From a virus: a stretch of 63,212 nt of DNA. The stretch is from the IMG/VR virus record IMGVR_UViG_3300045988_149942; one strand, 5' to 3'. The notes under the pieces are model-generated. The model ran no database searches and was not told the DNA's origin. It worked only from the letters and a program-made list of their open reading frames with translations. Position 1 is the first letter of the stretch; each line of letters begins with the position of its first letter. The translations under genes were made by a program, and so were the position numbers. This document shows, one piece after another, positions 27,965 through 38,064 of the stretch.

Positions 27965-28457
27965 AAAGGACAATTTCAAGAAGGTGTTCGCAAAGTACGC
28001 GGAAGAGTATCTCGATGCTCGTGTGCAGAACGTCTTTCAGAAAGTTGCCTTGAGCATTTTCGACAAACTTATGAGGGAAGACGTGCTCTTCCAGAATCAG
28101 ACCGGGACACTGACCGCAAGTACGGGAATTGGAATATTCAAGAACGGCCGAATGGTGCAGTGGGTTGATAACCCGAACTACCCGGCTTCCCAGCGAACCG
28201 TGACCTACAAGGGTCAGAAAACGGTAGTCAATGGGCAAAAGCTCTTGAACACTACTCTTGCCGCAACCGACGCTCGGACGGCGGGTAAGTATGTGATGGT
28301 GTTGGTAAGCTCCGCGCCCTACGCTTACTCCGTTGAAGCCGGACTTGGTACTCAACGCGCCGACGGCATGCCGAAGCGCGGAATAGGATGGTGGAGTGAA
28401 GACATCGTACCATATCTCACTCAGCAATTTTTGTTGAATGCGAAATTAATGTCGTGA
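27957..28457 (+). CDS. neck/tail-attachment protein (putative)
   Basis: ORF 27918..28457 trimmed to ATG 27957; assigned by gene order. Confidence 0.5.
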   Translation: MAKKDNFKKVFAKYAEEYLDARVQNVFQKVALSIFDKLMREDVLFQNQTGTLTASTGIGIFKNGRMVQWVDNPNYPASQRTVTYKGQKTVVNGQKLLNTTLAATDARTAGKYVMVLVSSAPYAYSVEAGLGTQRADGMPKRGIGWWSEDIVPYLTQQFLLNAKLMS

Positions 28458-28846
28458 TGAAATTATCGGAGTTGACAGCCGCGGAGAAGATCAGGGACGC
28501 TATTAATAACAGTGGCTTGGTCTCCATCCCTGCATTTACGGCGCAGGATGTTCCTACGTCCGACTGGCCCGACGCTTACATCACGGTAACGCTCAACGGA
28601 ACCGTAACCCGGATGACTACGAGCTCCGATCTCTTCGAAGCAAACGTCATCGTCGGGGTCTACATCCGGCTGTTGTCTACGGGGGCCGCTAATGCCGCAA
28701 GGCAGGCCGCCATCATGTCGCAGTTGGACGAGGCTCTTAAAATTCCGGGAACCGTCCTGAATCAAAACGTACTGTACGAAGGTAAGACACTTGTTGCCAA
28801 TTACTCAACCAAACTCGTAAATCTTCTCGTCCGGATGGCGGGATAA
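28454..28846 (+). CDS. tail completion/terminator protein (putative)
   Basis: 130-aa ORF; assigned by gene order. Confidence 0.45.
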   Translation: MMKLSELTAAEKIRDAINNSGLVSIPAFTAQDVPTSDWPDAYITVTLNGTVTRMTTSSDLFEANVIVGVYIRLLSTGAANAARQAAIMSQLDEALKIPGTVLNQNVLYEGKTLVANYSTKLVNLLVRMAG

Positions 28847-28878
28847 ATCGAAAAACAAACACAAAATAATTCACAACT

Positions 28879-29508
28879 ATGGCTAAATTAGCAGAACAGT
28901 TCCAGTATGTATCTGGAATTACATGGTTCGACATCTACCAGCGTCCGACGACCGGGACTCCGAAAACGCTCTCGGGTATTACCGCGGAGGAGTGGACTGA
29001 GGTAGGTGGCTTCCGTGAGGGTACTTTCTCGTTCACTGGCGACGAGATGGAGATTACCTCGCACAAGTACGAGAACGGTCAGGAGATCATCTCCACGACC
29101 ACCGACGGCACCTACGGCTTCGAGGGCGACCTCGCAAACGTGGCCGAAGAGATTTGCACCAACCTTCTCCAGATGGACGTGCTTTCGCTGACCGCTGGCA
29201 GTGGCGCCTTCGTTGAGGGCCGCAAGGTTCTGGGCGCTGGCAAGAAGCTGGCCGTCATCGAGAACTGCATGGTCCGCCTCCGCTTCGAGGAGGGCTTCTG
29301 GGACTCGCTGGTGTACCCGAACTGCAAGATTTCCTCGCGTTTCCAAGGCGAAGGTGCTTCGACGGAGCTCTTCAACATCCACGTCAACGCTTCGGCGACG
29401 AAGAGTCAGGACACCGACACGCTCGACTACATCTATCTCTTCATCGGGAAGAATGGATCGCAGGTCGCAGGCCGTGCCGCAAAAGCTCCGGCCACCGAGT
29501 CGAAGTAA
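28879..29508 (+). CDS. major tail protein (putative)
   Basis: 209-aa ORF followed by a strong terminator, upstream of the chaperone and tape measure. Confidence 0.6.
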   Translation: MAKLAEQFQYVSGITWFDIYQRPTTGTPKTLSGITAEEWTEVGGFREGTFSFTGDEMEITSHKYENGQEIISTTTDGTYGFEGDLANVAEEICTNLLQMDVLSLTAGSGAFVEGRKVLGAGKKLAVIENCMVRLRFEEGFWDSLVYPNCKISSRFQGEGASTELFNIHVNASATKSQDTDTLDYIYLFIGKNGSQVAGRAAKAPATESK

Positions 29509-29529
29509 CGAACAAAGTATCACCGAAAG

Positions 29530-29561
29530 GGGGCGGGTGTTTCGACGCTCGCCCCTTTTTT
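29530..29561 (+). terminator. Rho-independent terminator (attenuator after major tail gene)
   Basis: GGGGCG...CGCCCC stem + T6. Confidence 0.7.
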
Positions 29562-29578
29562 AAAGAAAGCTAATCAGA

Positions 29579-30088
29579 ATGAAGATATTCCAAAACGCCA
29601 ATGAACGGGCAGAGGCTCGGGCCGCGATGTTGCAGGGGCAACTTGACGACAACGCTCCCTTCGAGTTCTACGTTAATGGCAAGAAATACAAAACCCGTAG
29701 ACTGACGAACTATGTGGCTGAAAAATTGTCAAAACTTGTCTCGAAGTGCGAGTACACCGCCGTTACACGCGAGGACACGCCCGGAGAGACCTTGAAGGCT
29801 ATCGCCATGAACCGCAAGATGGTTCCTAAGTGCCTGAGCCTTCTGATCCTCGCCCATCCAGTGAAGGTATGGATGTTCCACTGGATTTACTGGCGATACC
29901 TGCATTTATTCGGTAATCAGGCAGACTACGCCGGGATTCTGGAGAATGCCCTGAACAGTGAGGAGGTCGGCTTTTTTTTTCGCAATATGGCATCCCTGCA
30001 AGCCAACAACATGCTGACAGTAGAGATGACAAAAGCAAGTACGAAGAGTATAGCTCAAAAACACGCATCGGAGCCCGAACGGACCTGA
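29579..30088 (+). CDS. tail assembly chaperone (G-like)
   Basis: 169-aa ORF immediately upstream of the tape measure; contains the slippery T9. Confidence 0.65.
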   Translation: MKIFQNANERAEARAAMLQGQLDDNAPFEFYVNGKKYKTRRLTNYVAEKLSKLVSKCEYTAVTREDTPGETLKAIAMNRKMVPKCLSLLILAHPVKVWMFHWIYWRYLHLFGNQADYAGILENALNSEEVGFFFRNMASLQANNMLTVEMTKASTKSIAQKHASEPERT

Positions 30089-30378
30089 TCGTGACGCTAT
30101 ACGGCAACATGAACCTATTTACTTGGTATCGCTACTGGTTCGTGGATAGCATGGTGAAACAGACGATCATGCTGGCCGACAAGTCCGGTCTCCGGAAGAA
30201 ACCGAAGGGCGGGAAGGTGACGCCCGGCAACGGAAAGCCGAGCAAGTACACCGACAAGGACCTGATAGAGATGAACCGGAAGGCCGGAGAGCGATACATG
30301 CAGAAGCTCTTCCAGCAGGGCAAGATAACCGAAGAGCAGATGGCCGATTATATCCGTCGGAAAACGCAAAAAAAGTAA
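29579..30378 (+). CDS. tail assembly chaperone -1 frameshift fusion (GT-like)
   Basis: The -1 frame is open from 29962 to stop 30378 (checked codon by codon); it ends 4 nt before the tape measure ATG. Confidence 0.5.
29972..29980 (+). promoter_or_regulatory. -1 programmed frameshift slippery tract T9 (T_TTT_TTT)
   Basis: Lies inside the 29962-30088 window in which both the 0 and -1 frames are open. Confidence 0.6.
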
Positions 30379-30381
30379 CAC

Positions 30382-33300
30382 ATGGCTGACGATAAACTTA
30401 TAATCCCAGTAGGCTTCAACTTCAACATCGAGGAGATCGACAAGGAGTGGCAGGCCAAGAAAGCAGAGATAGAGAAGGCTCTCAAGGCCGAAATAAGCCT
30501 CACTTTCAAGATGCCGAGTACTAAGAGTCTCGATAGCTTGGAAAATGTCGTAAATCGACTGAAAGACCTCAAAATCGAGCCTATCACGCCGGAGACCAAG
30601 GACGCGATCTCTTCGCTGACCCGTGAACTCACGACGCTCCAGAAGATACTCGAACGCATCCAAGCGCTCAATATCAAGTCAGCCAAGGACGTAGCGGCCA
30701 CGGCGCTGGCCGAAGAGAAGATTACCACCCAGCGGACAATCGCCGCGAAGAATCTCGCTCAGGCTCGCAGTAGCGAGGCTTTAGCTGTCAATCGGGAAAA
30801 TAAGGCTATCCTCCAGCAGAAGACGCTTGAGGATCAGGCGGCGTTGGTGAAGCTCCGAGTCCAGAAGGCCGAGGAGTCTCTTGCCAGTGCCCGTAGTCGA
30901 AGTGTGGGCACTATAAATGCTCAGAACTCAGCACTGGCTACCCAGAAGGGAATCCTGAACGGCATGCCTCAATTCCTGAATCAGTACCTCTCGATTCTGG
31001 GAGCGTGGCGACTGGTAGATAACATTCGTAAGACGACAGCCGACTTCGAGCTCCAGCGCATTTCATTGGAGGCGATCATTCAGGACAAGCGGGAAGCCGA
31101 TGCGTTGTTCAGCAAAACGCTTAGCTTGGCAATCGAATCGCCATATACGGCGCAGGAGCTTATTTCCTACACGAAACAGTTGTCGGCATACCGAATCGAG
31201 ACAGATAAGCTGTATGACACCACCAAGCGACTGGCCGATGTTGCGGCGGGTCTCGGCGTTGACATGTCTCGTCTTATTCTCGCCTACGGTCAGGTGCGTG
31301 CCGCTTCGGTTCTCCGCGGTCAGGAGGTGCGTCAGTTTACTGAGGCTGGTATTCCGCTGATCCAGCTTCTCGCAGACAAATTCACAGTGCTCAAGGATCG
31401 TGTCGTAAGCACTTCGGAGGTGTTCGATCTTATTTCGAAACGTCAGGTTCCCTTCGAAATGGTGGCCGAAGTGTTCGAGGATATGACCAATAAGGGTGGC
31501 ATCTTCTACGACATGCAGATGAAGCAGGCCAACACCTTGTATGGTATATATCAGAAACTCACCGACAATATTCAGCAGGCGTTCTATCGGGTTGGAACGA
31601 CCCAAATGAGCACGCTGAAAGGCGCCGGAAACCTGATGATCGAGCTATCCAAAAATCTCGAAACGGTTCTGAGCACCGGAACGGACATAATTGGGGTATG
31701 GGCATTGTGGAAGGGGTATAACATGCTGTTGACAAACTCGCTTACGAGCGAGAATACGGCCATGACCAAATCCATCATATCCATGAAGGAGAAGGAAGCC
31801 GAGATGCTTCGCCAAGCCGCGGCATACCGAACACTTACGGCGGCAGAGAAGGCGCGAATCGCTACTTCCGGTGCTTTAATGGATGCTGATATTCGTAATG
31901 CCTATGCGAAAGGAGAGTTATCCAAGGAGATGGTGTTACTGTACACCGCAATGGGTAAACTCGACAAGGTTGAGGCCGCGAATATATTGACTGTTAAGCG
32001 ACTGACTGAGGCTGAACTCCAAAATGCTGTTGCAAAAGGGAAGATGTCATCTTCGGCGGCCAATGCTTATAGGCAAGACACGAAGGCGATTCTCGATCAA
32101 GTCGATTCTGTCAAGCAGATAAGCTCCGCAAAACTCAAATGGATAACAATTACCACTCGACTGAGGAGCGTTCTGAAAAGTCTCACTACGTTCCTTATGT
32201 CGAATGCGTGGTTTATTGGGATTCAGGTGATAATCCAGATTGCCGCGGCATTTAAAAGGGCCCGAGAGGAGGCTGGAAAACTCAAGGAAGTCATGTCTGA
32301 TGTGGTGAGCGGAGGACTGAAAGAGGCGCGTGATCTCGACGAAAGGTTCGTGAAGTTAGCCAACACTATCACGAGCACAAACGAGAGGACCCAAGAGCAT
32401 CAGGAAGCCCTCAAAGAGCTCAAGGGAACGTATGGGGACATCTTACCGTCCTACGTTCTTACCAACGAGTATTTGAGCCAAATGAAGGGCAATTATGATG
32501 GTGTTACGGCCTCTATATATGAATACATCAAAGCCAAAGCCGCTTCCGAAGGCAGGGCTCGCATAGCCGAGGAAATGGAAGAGGATATTTCCTCGGCGCG
32601 TACCAAAGCGGCGCGTTGGTTGCAAAGCCAGCTCAAATGGGCTGCGGCCGGAGAGGTAAACGACGCCACTACGCTCGCTATACTCGATAAGAGCAGGGCG
32701 TACATCGAAAGGGGCGTAGACATGTATAGGGCCCTTCAAAAAGCGGTTGAGGATGTAACGGGAAAAACCGTTACGCTTGGTCAGATATACGATACTAATG
32801 ACAACCGCCTCCGCAAGTTCGCTAATATCATTCGAAAGGCATTCAACGCAGAGATTGAGTTCGATGATGCAATGAAGAGCGCCTTCAACTCCTTCGGTGT
32901 GTATCGAGATGAATTTGAGAAAACTCTGAATGAGATAGACGAGATACGCAAAGAACACAAACCTTTAGAAATAAGCAATTTTGCGTGGGATGAATCGCAG
33001 GCGAATAAAGCGATGGTGTCTTACAACAAGTTTCTGGAGAAGGTTACTGGGCATACCTATCTTGAGCTCGCCAACAACCGTGATTTATTGAGGAGTTACC
33101 CAGAAAACTTCCAAGGTATATTCGATAAAATATCCAAGGATGTGAGTTCCATGTTCGGTAGCGACTTCGACACATCTCTCCGCGATCTGTTTAAGAGAGT
33201 GGCGAAAGGGGTTGGGTTGTCTGTCGATGATATGAGCGGCTATATCAAGAAATTTGACCAGACGACAGATCAGTGGGTAGATGATCTTGAGAAGCAGGTT

Positions 33301-36150
33301 CAGGCGGCAATTAAGTATGCAGATGACTTGAACGTACAGTACCGCAAATTCACGGAAGGTGAATACAAGGACGCCTCGCTTGCTCCCAGCGAAGACGATG
33401 TTTCCAAGGCGAACAAGTTAGCCAAAGCATTGCAGTTGATTTTGTCGCAGTTCAGAACCCTGACAAAGAAGACGGGGGCGGCCGACAACAAGACGGCGAC
33501 CCAGCAGTTAGAAGGTGAAGTTCGTGTTTTGGAGGAGGCGTATAAACGATACCAAGACCTTAAAAAAGTTCGAGGCGACTCTCTCGCTCGGGCAGATGTT
33601 GAGCGCTTGTATGGTGATCTTGCAAAGAAATTTAAGTTTATTTCACCTTCCATCGCCACGACGCCGGAGGAGATGATCGCGCAGTTGAAGAAGGCGGCCG
33701 AGATTGCCCAGAAGTCGCTCGATAAGCCAAAACTTGCCCTCAGCTTCAACATGAAGGTCTCCGACACCTCCTACGACGCACTCAAGGAAGGTATCGAAAA
33801 GGACCTCAAGCGTCTGGCGAACGACATCACGCTCCAGAACGAAGCAAAGAAGATGTATGAGTCCATCTTGGCGGCGACTGGCGACGTTAACTTCGCGGCC
33901 CAGATCACCACTTCGACGACGGGTCTCGACACACTGGATGTGTTCAGCAAACTGCGCGAGCAACTCAAGAAGACGCTGACGGCATACCAGACCAAAAGCG
34001 GTGGCCTAATCGACTGGGACACCCTCTTCGCTACTGACGAGGCGGGCAACAAGACCGTGCTCGACATCAAGAAGGTGCAGGCCGCGATCAAGGAGCTCCC
34101 GGAGACCGTCCAGACTTCGGCAAAGTCGGCTATGAATGCCTACTTCAACTACGAGCAGGAAACGGTCAAGAAGATGGCCGAAAGCGTCCAGAAGTTCGGG
34201 GACTATGAGAAGCGGCGAAACATTATCGCCGCGAAAGCGGCCGAAGAGCGGGCGCGGATCGAGTCCAGCACGATACTCACTCCCGACCAGAAGGCTCAGG
34301 GCATTGAGGCCGTGAATAAATCCGAGCGCAGGCAGATCGCAGGAGTGAATCTCGACGAGATCAAGAACCTCGAAATGTTCGCTCAGGCATTCGGTGACTT
34401 GGATCGCGTCGGCACCAAGACGCTGGGGAACCTCACCTCTATGATGAAGAACTTCTATGAGGCATCCAAGAACGATTTAGACCCGACGCAACTCCGGGAG
34501 GTCGTGAGGATCATTCAGAACCTCGAAGAGCAGTCATGGGAGCGCAGTCCTTTCGCGGCGATCAAGGAGGGAATAAACGACATTCTGACCGGAACCCGAG
34601 AGGTTCAGGCGGCCGAAGCGAATCTCGCGGCGGCTCGTGCGGCGCAGGCGGAGGTCGAGAAGCGAAACGCCTCCGAGATTGCGATTCTCCGGCTCCAGAT
34701 GTCTCAGGCCGGAACCGACGAGGAGAGGGCTACGATACTCCAGCGGATCAACGATCTTGAGCGTCAGAATCGGGATGCTGTCAAAAACACCCAGCAGGCG
34801 GTTGAAGATTTGGCCGCGGCCGAGTACAAGGTCCAGACCGGGTTCACGAAGACGAAGGCCGCACTGAACAAAATGGACGCTTACCTCGGCAACCTGAGTA
34901 GCGACATAGGCAAGATCGGGGACGCTATGAATACGTTCAGCGATATTTTCGGCAGTGCGTTCGGAGAAGAGGCGTCCGCAATGATTCAGGACATCCAAAA
35001 AGGATTTCAGGCTGTTCAGGCGGGAATCGCGCTGGTGAATACCGTAATGGGCATCGCCGACGCGATAGCAAAGGGGCTGATGACCACTATGCTCCCGCTT
35101 CTTGCCGCATCAGTAGCCCTTGGAGCGGTGCTCGCTATATTCGGTGCGCGTCAGCGTCGAATCAAGGAGGAGCAGGAAGCATCGGAACGTGCCGTCAGGA
35201 AGCTGGAGAACGCTTATAAGGATTTGGAGAGAGCGATGGATCGAGTCTATTCCACCTCTGATATAAATAAGGTAGCAAGAGAACAGACTCAGAATCTCCT
35301 TCGACAGCAGGAAGAGCTTCGTAAGCAAATCCGTCTTGAGTATCAGAAGAAGGACAAGGACTTCGATCAGGGCAGAGTCGATGACATGGAGCGACAAATC
35401 GAGGAGATCGGCCAGCAAATCGCCGAGAACCGCCGCGAGTTGGTGGAATCATTCTACGGAACCGACTTCAAGACCTTCTCCTCCGATCTCGCTCAGGCGA
35501 TCTACGACGGAGTGAAAGACGGTAGCCTCTCCGCCAAGGAAGCGTGGAACGAGACTGTGGACGAGATGGTGGACAAGATGATCCTCGAACTGGCTACGGC
35601 GAAGTTTATCATGCCGGGCGTCGAGAGAATATTAGACAGCTTCATGGAAAAAACTCGTCGTTTAAACGGTTTATCCGAAGACGAGTTGCCGACGCTGGAG
35701 CAGTTCCCGTTCGAAGACTTACGAGAAGCGCTAAAGGCTTATCTTGGTGAATTTTGGGGCGCTTTCGAGCAGTATCTACCGAGCGGCGGAAAATCCAATC
35801 TGACTGGTATTTCGAAGGCAGTCGGCTCGTTGACCGAGGACACGGCACTGGTACTGGCCGCGGCCGCGAACTCGATGATCTACTATCAGGTGGCCCAATA
35901 TGATCAGGTCGTGTCGATCAACGCGATCCTGACCGGATGGAACGAACTTATCATGGGAACCGAAGAGACGGCCGGGCTGATCCCGACGCTGATGGCTTCC
36001 CAGACCGAATCAATGGAGCTCCTTCGTGGAATTAAGAGCGACACGGGCCGTATCGCCACGGCGACGGAACAGATGGCCGACGACATCGGATCGGTAGTCG
36101 CGCCGCTCGGATCGAAGGTTGGGGCCAAGGCAATTAACGTAAATAGCTGA
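30382..36150 (+). CDS. tape measure protein
   Basis: 1922-aa helical, coiled-coil-rich ORF with internal hydrophobic segments, in the canonical position. Confidence 0.9.
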   Translation: MADDKLIIPVGFNFNIEEIDKEWQAKKAEIEKALKAEISLTFKMPSTKSLDSLENVVNRLKDLKIEPITPETKDAISSLTRELTTLQKILERIQALNIKSAKDVAATALAEEKITTQRTIAAKNLAQARSSEALAVNRENKAILQQKTLEDQAALVKLRVQKAEESLASARSRSVGTINAQNSALATQKGILNGMPQFLNQYLSILGAWRLVDNIRKTTADFELQRISLEAIIQDKREADALFSKTLSLAIESPYTAQELISYTKQLSAYRIETDKLYDTTKRLADVAAGLGVDMSRLILAYGQVRAASVLRGQEVRQFTEAGIPLIQLLADKFTVLKDRVVSTSEVFDLISKRQVPFEMVAEVFEDMTNKGGIFYDMQMKQANTLYGIYQKLTDNIQQAFYRVGTTQMSTLKGAGNLMIELSKNLETVLSTGTDIIGVWALWKGYNMLLTNSLTSENTAMTKSIISMKEKEAEMLRQAAAYRTLTAAEKARIATSGALMDADIRNAYAKGELSKEMVLLYTAMGKLDKVEAANILTVKRLTEAELQNAVAKGKMSSSAANAYRQDTKAILDQVDSVKQISSAKLKWITITTRLRSVLKSLTTFLMSNAWFIGIQVIIQIAAAFKRAREEAGKLKEVMSDVVSGGLKEARDLDERFVKLANTITSTNERTQEHQEALKELKGTYGDILPSYVLTNEYLSQMKGNYDGVTASIYEYIKAKAASEGRARIAEEMEEDISSARTKAARWLQSQLKWAAAGEVNDATTLAILDKSRAYIERGVDMYRALQKAVEDVTGKTVTLGQIYDTNDNRLRKFANIIRKAFNAEIEFDDAMKSAFNSFGVYRDEFEKTLNEIDEIRKEHKPLEISNFAWDESQANKAMVSYNKFLEKVTGHTYLELANNRDLLRSYPENFQGIFDKISKDVSSMFGSDFDTSLRDLFKRVAKGVGLSVDDMSGYIKKFDQTTDQWVDDLEKQVQAAIKYADDLNVQYRKFTEGEYKDASLAPSEDDVSKANKLAKALQLILSQFRTLTKKTGAADNKTATQQLEGEVRVLEEAYKRYQDLKKVRGDSLARADVERLYGDLAKKFKFISPSIATTPEEMIAQLKKAAEIAQKSLDKPKLALSFNMKVSDTSYDALKEGIEKDLKRLANDITLQNEAKKMYESILAATGDVNFAAQITTSTTGLDTLDVFSKLREQLKKTLTAYQTKSGGLIDWDTLFATDEAGNKTVLDIKKVQAAIKELPETVQTSAKSAMNAYFNYEQETVKKMAESVQKFGDYEKRRNIIAAKAAEERARIESSTILTPDQKAQGIEAVNKSERRQIAGVNLDEIKNLEMFAQAFGDLDRVGTKTLGNLTSMMKNFYEASKNDLDPTQLREVVRIIQNLEEQSWERSPFAAIKEGINDILTGTREVQAAEANLAAARAAQAEVEKRNASEIAILRLQMSQAGTDEERATILQRINDLERQNRDAVKNTQQAVEDLAAAEYKVQTGFTKTKAALNKMDAYLGNLSSDIGKIGDAMNTFSDIFGSAFGEEASAMIQDIQKGFQAVQAGIALVNTVMGIADAIAKGLMTTMLPLLAASVALGAVLAIFGARQRRIKEEQEASERAVRKLENAYKDLERAMDRVYSTSDINKVAREQTQNLLRQQEELRKQIRLEYQKKDKDFDQGRVDDMERQIEEIGQQIAENRRELVESFYGTDFKTFSSDLAQAIYDGVKDGSLSAKEAWNETVDEMVDKMILELATAKFIMPGVERILDSFMEKTRRLNGLSEDELPTLEQFPFEDLREALKAYLGEFWGAFEQYLPSGGKSNLTGISKAVGSLTEDTALVLAAAANSMIYYQVAQYDQVVSINAILTGWNELIMGTEETAGLIPTLMASQTESMELLRGIKSDTGRIATATEQMADDIGSVVAPLGSKVGAKAINVNS

Positions 36151-36155
36151 TAATT

Positions 36156-36584
36156 ATGAAGTTAGAACTTAAAAGGCGTTTTTTGGGAGAGAGCTATACG
36201 ATTGGCTCTCTCTCAATCGACGGCAAGAAATTCTGCGACACCTTGGAGGACAAGGTGCGCGACCTTAACAAGAACGGAGTCTTCGACGGCGACGAGAAGA
36301 AGGTGTACGCGGAGACCGCGATTCCATATGGCACCTACAACGTCGTGGTAGACTACTCTCCGAAGTTTAAGCGAGAGCTTCCGCGCTTGCAGAACGTGAA
36401 GCACTTCGAAGGCATCCTGATCCACCGAGGAAACACGGCCGAAGACTCGGCCGGGTGTATATTGGTCGGCGAGAACAAAGTTAAGGGTAAGGTCGTCAAC
36501 TCCACGCCCTACGAGAAGGAACTGGTACGGATTCTTAAAGAGGCTCAGGACCGGAAGGAACCCATCACCATTAAAATCGTATAG
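36156..36584 (+). CDS. DUF5675-like protein with YkuD-like His/Cys motif (putative cell-wall enzyme)
   Basis: GILIHRGNTAEDSAGCILVG resembles the L,D-transpeptidase-fold H...S-x-G-C motif. Confidence 0.5.
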   Translation: MKLELKRRFLGESYTIGSLSIDGKKFCDTLEDKVRDLNKNGVFDGDEKKVYAETAIPYGTYNVVVDYSPKFKRELPRLQNVKHFEGILIHRGNTAEDSAGCILVGENKVKGKVVNSTPYEKELVRILKEAQDRKEPITIKIV

Positions 36585-36586
36585 CC

Positions 36587-37495
36587 ATGTTCATGCGAAT
36601 CATTTTAACGATCTGGCAGTTGCCGCAAGAGATCATCGGGGCGCTCTGGTGCCTCCTGTTTACGAACCACCGCGCGATCCTTCGACAGAACGGAGCTGTG
36701 TTCTTCGCATCGCCCAAAGTCAAAGGCGCATTCACAATGGGTTCGTTCGTTTTCCTGAACCCGAAATACATCACCAACGAGCCTACCTACGACCACGAGT
36801 TCGGCCATGTGTTGCAATCTCGGGCGTGGGGCTGGTTATGGTTGCTCGTATTCGCCATTCCAAGCGGGTTACACTGCTTGTTCCATAATCATGGGTCCTA
36901 CTACCACTTTTATACCGAACGCGACGCAAATCGCCGCGGAGGGGTCCCTAACTATACTGGCGGCGGCCGACATGACGAGCCGGGCTTGATTGCTACGACG
37001 CTGGCCGATCTGATAGCATGGAAGGCGAAGTATTTCGGGGTCCTGCTACTCTTCCTACTCGCGTCGTGTTGCCGCATGCCTTCGGCGTCTCTTCCCGAGC
37101 CCAGCGAAGACCGGGCCGACAGTACTCACACCGAGTATAAGGAGACGATCCGGTATGTTCGGGTCGAAGTCCCAGTTCCCGGCGAAGTACGAGAGATCAT
37201 CACGCCCGACACTGCGTCGCATCTTCGAACATCCGTAGCCGATAGCTGGGCCGGAATCCGGAACGGCATGCTCTGGCATAAACTCCAGAATCGGCAGGAT
37301 TCGCTTCCCAAGGCTGACATCCCGGTAATAGACACCAGCGAGAAAGAGGCTCGGATCGTTACAATAACGAAGCGAGAACCCTATGCCGTACTGACTCCGC
37401 TTACTCGGTGGCAAAAATTCAGGATGAATGTCGGAGGATGGGCATTACTGCTGATTTTACTGTTCCTCGCAAAAAAAATCATCAAAGTTTGGTAG
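36587..37495 (+). CDS. membrane protein with HExxH motif, internal lipobox-like segment and C-terminal TMD
   Basis: HEFGH at aa 70-74; VLLLFLLASCC at aa 152-162; C-terminal GGWALLLILLFLA. Confidence 0.6.
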   Translation: MFMRIILTIWQLPQEIIGALWCLLFTNHRAILRQNGAVFFASPKVKGAFTMGSFVFLNPKYITNEPTYDHEFGHVLQSRAWGWLWLLVFAIPSGLHCLFHNHGSYYHFYTERDANRRGGVPNYTGGGRHDEPGLIATTLADLIAWKAKYFGVLLLFLLASCCRMPSASLPEPSEDRADSTHTEYKETIRYVRVEVPVPGEVREIITPDTASHLRTSVADSWAGIRNGMLWHKLQNRQDSLPKADIPVIDTSEKEARIVTITKREPYAVLTPLTRWQKFRMNVGGWALLLILLFLAKKIIKVW

Positions 37496-37513
37496 GGGGG
37501 GGGTGTTTTTTTG

Positions 37514-37521
37514 TATATTTG
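37514..37521 (+). promoter_or_regulatory. -7 promoter box TATATTTG(CA)
   Basis: TAnnTTTG in the AT-rich gap after a G9/T7 tract. Confidence 0.45.
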
Positions 37522-37595
37522 CAAATAAAAGTATTGAGCTACAATAATTTATAAAATTTACTATCACGAAGGATTGTAGGAGGGGGTATTTTTAT

Positions 37596-37603
37596 TAAAT
37601 TTG
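37596..37603 (+). promoter_or_regulatory. -7 promoter box TAAATTTG
   Basis: TAnnTTTG 21 nt upstream of ATG 37624. Confidence 0.5.
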
Positions 37604-37623
37604 TAGCGATAAGGTAAGTTGTT

Positions 37624-37833
37624 ATGGCACAGATACATAGATCATTCTACTTCCAGCGAATGTGGAGTTGGCCCGTCAAGAAGGTCGAGCCCACTCCTCC
37701 TGAGCCGGAGGAGATAACTCTAAGTCCGAGTGCCCTGCATTTTACCGCAGAAGGTCAAATCAAAAATAGTCTGAACAATGGCAAAAGTAACAGTAACCGC
37801 CAACGACTCGTGGACCGTCTTGATCCCCGCTGA
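37624..37833 (+). CDS. BACON-array ORF A (leader + first beta-strand of a BACON domain)
   Basis: EEITLSPSALHFTAEGQ matches the BACON N-terminal strand; the ORF then runs out of frame over the start of ORF B. Confidence 0.45.
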   Translation: MAQIHRSFYFQRMWSWPVKKVEPTPPEPEEITLSPSALHFTAEGQIKNSLNNGKSNSNRQRLVDRLDPR

Positions 37834-38062
37834 GGCAACGTGGGTTCACTCCGACAAGATGTCGGGTGATGGCAACGGCGAAATCAACATCACCGTCGAT
37901 GTCAACCCCCGCGCTGACGCTCGTACCGCAACGGTAGCGGTCACTACGAAAGGTGGCGTTTCCAAGACCATCGTTATTTCGCAGGATTCGGCTGAATCGT
38001 CGCTGTCGCTCACCCCGAGCACGCTGGCATTCAACGCCGACGGAACTGCCAAAGCCGCGTAG
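37778..38062 (+). CDS. BACON-domain protein B
   Basis: VTVTANDSWTV..ATWVHS..SGDGNGEINITVDVNPRADARTATVAVTT...IVISQ, then LSLTPSTLAFNADGT. Confidence 0.7.
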   Translation: MAKVTVTANDSWTVLIPAEATWVHSDKMSGDGNGEINITVDVNPRADARTATVAVTTKGGVSKTIVISQDSAESSLSLTPSTLAFNADGTAKAA

Positions 38063-38064
38063 GT

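Noticed and set aside
30091-30378. Independent 95-aa gene with a GTG start between the chaperone and the tape measure
   Set aside because: Its frame is open well upstream of the GTG, back to 29962, and it overlaps the chaperone ORF around a T9 slippery run. It is better explained as the -1 frameshift extension.
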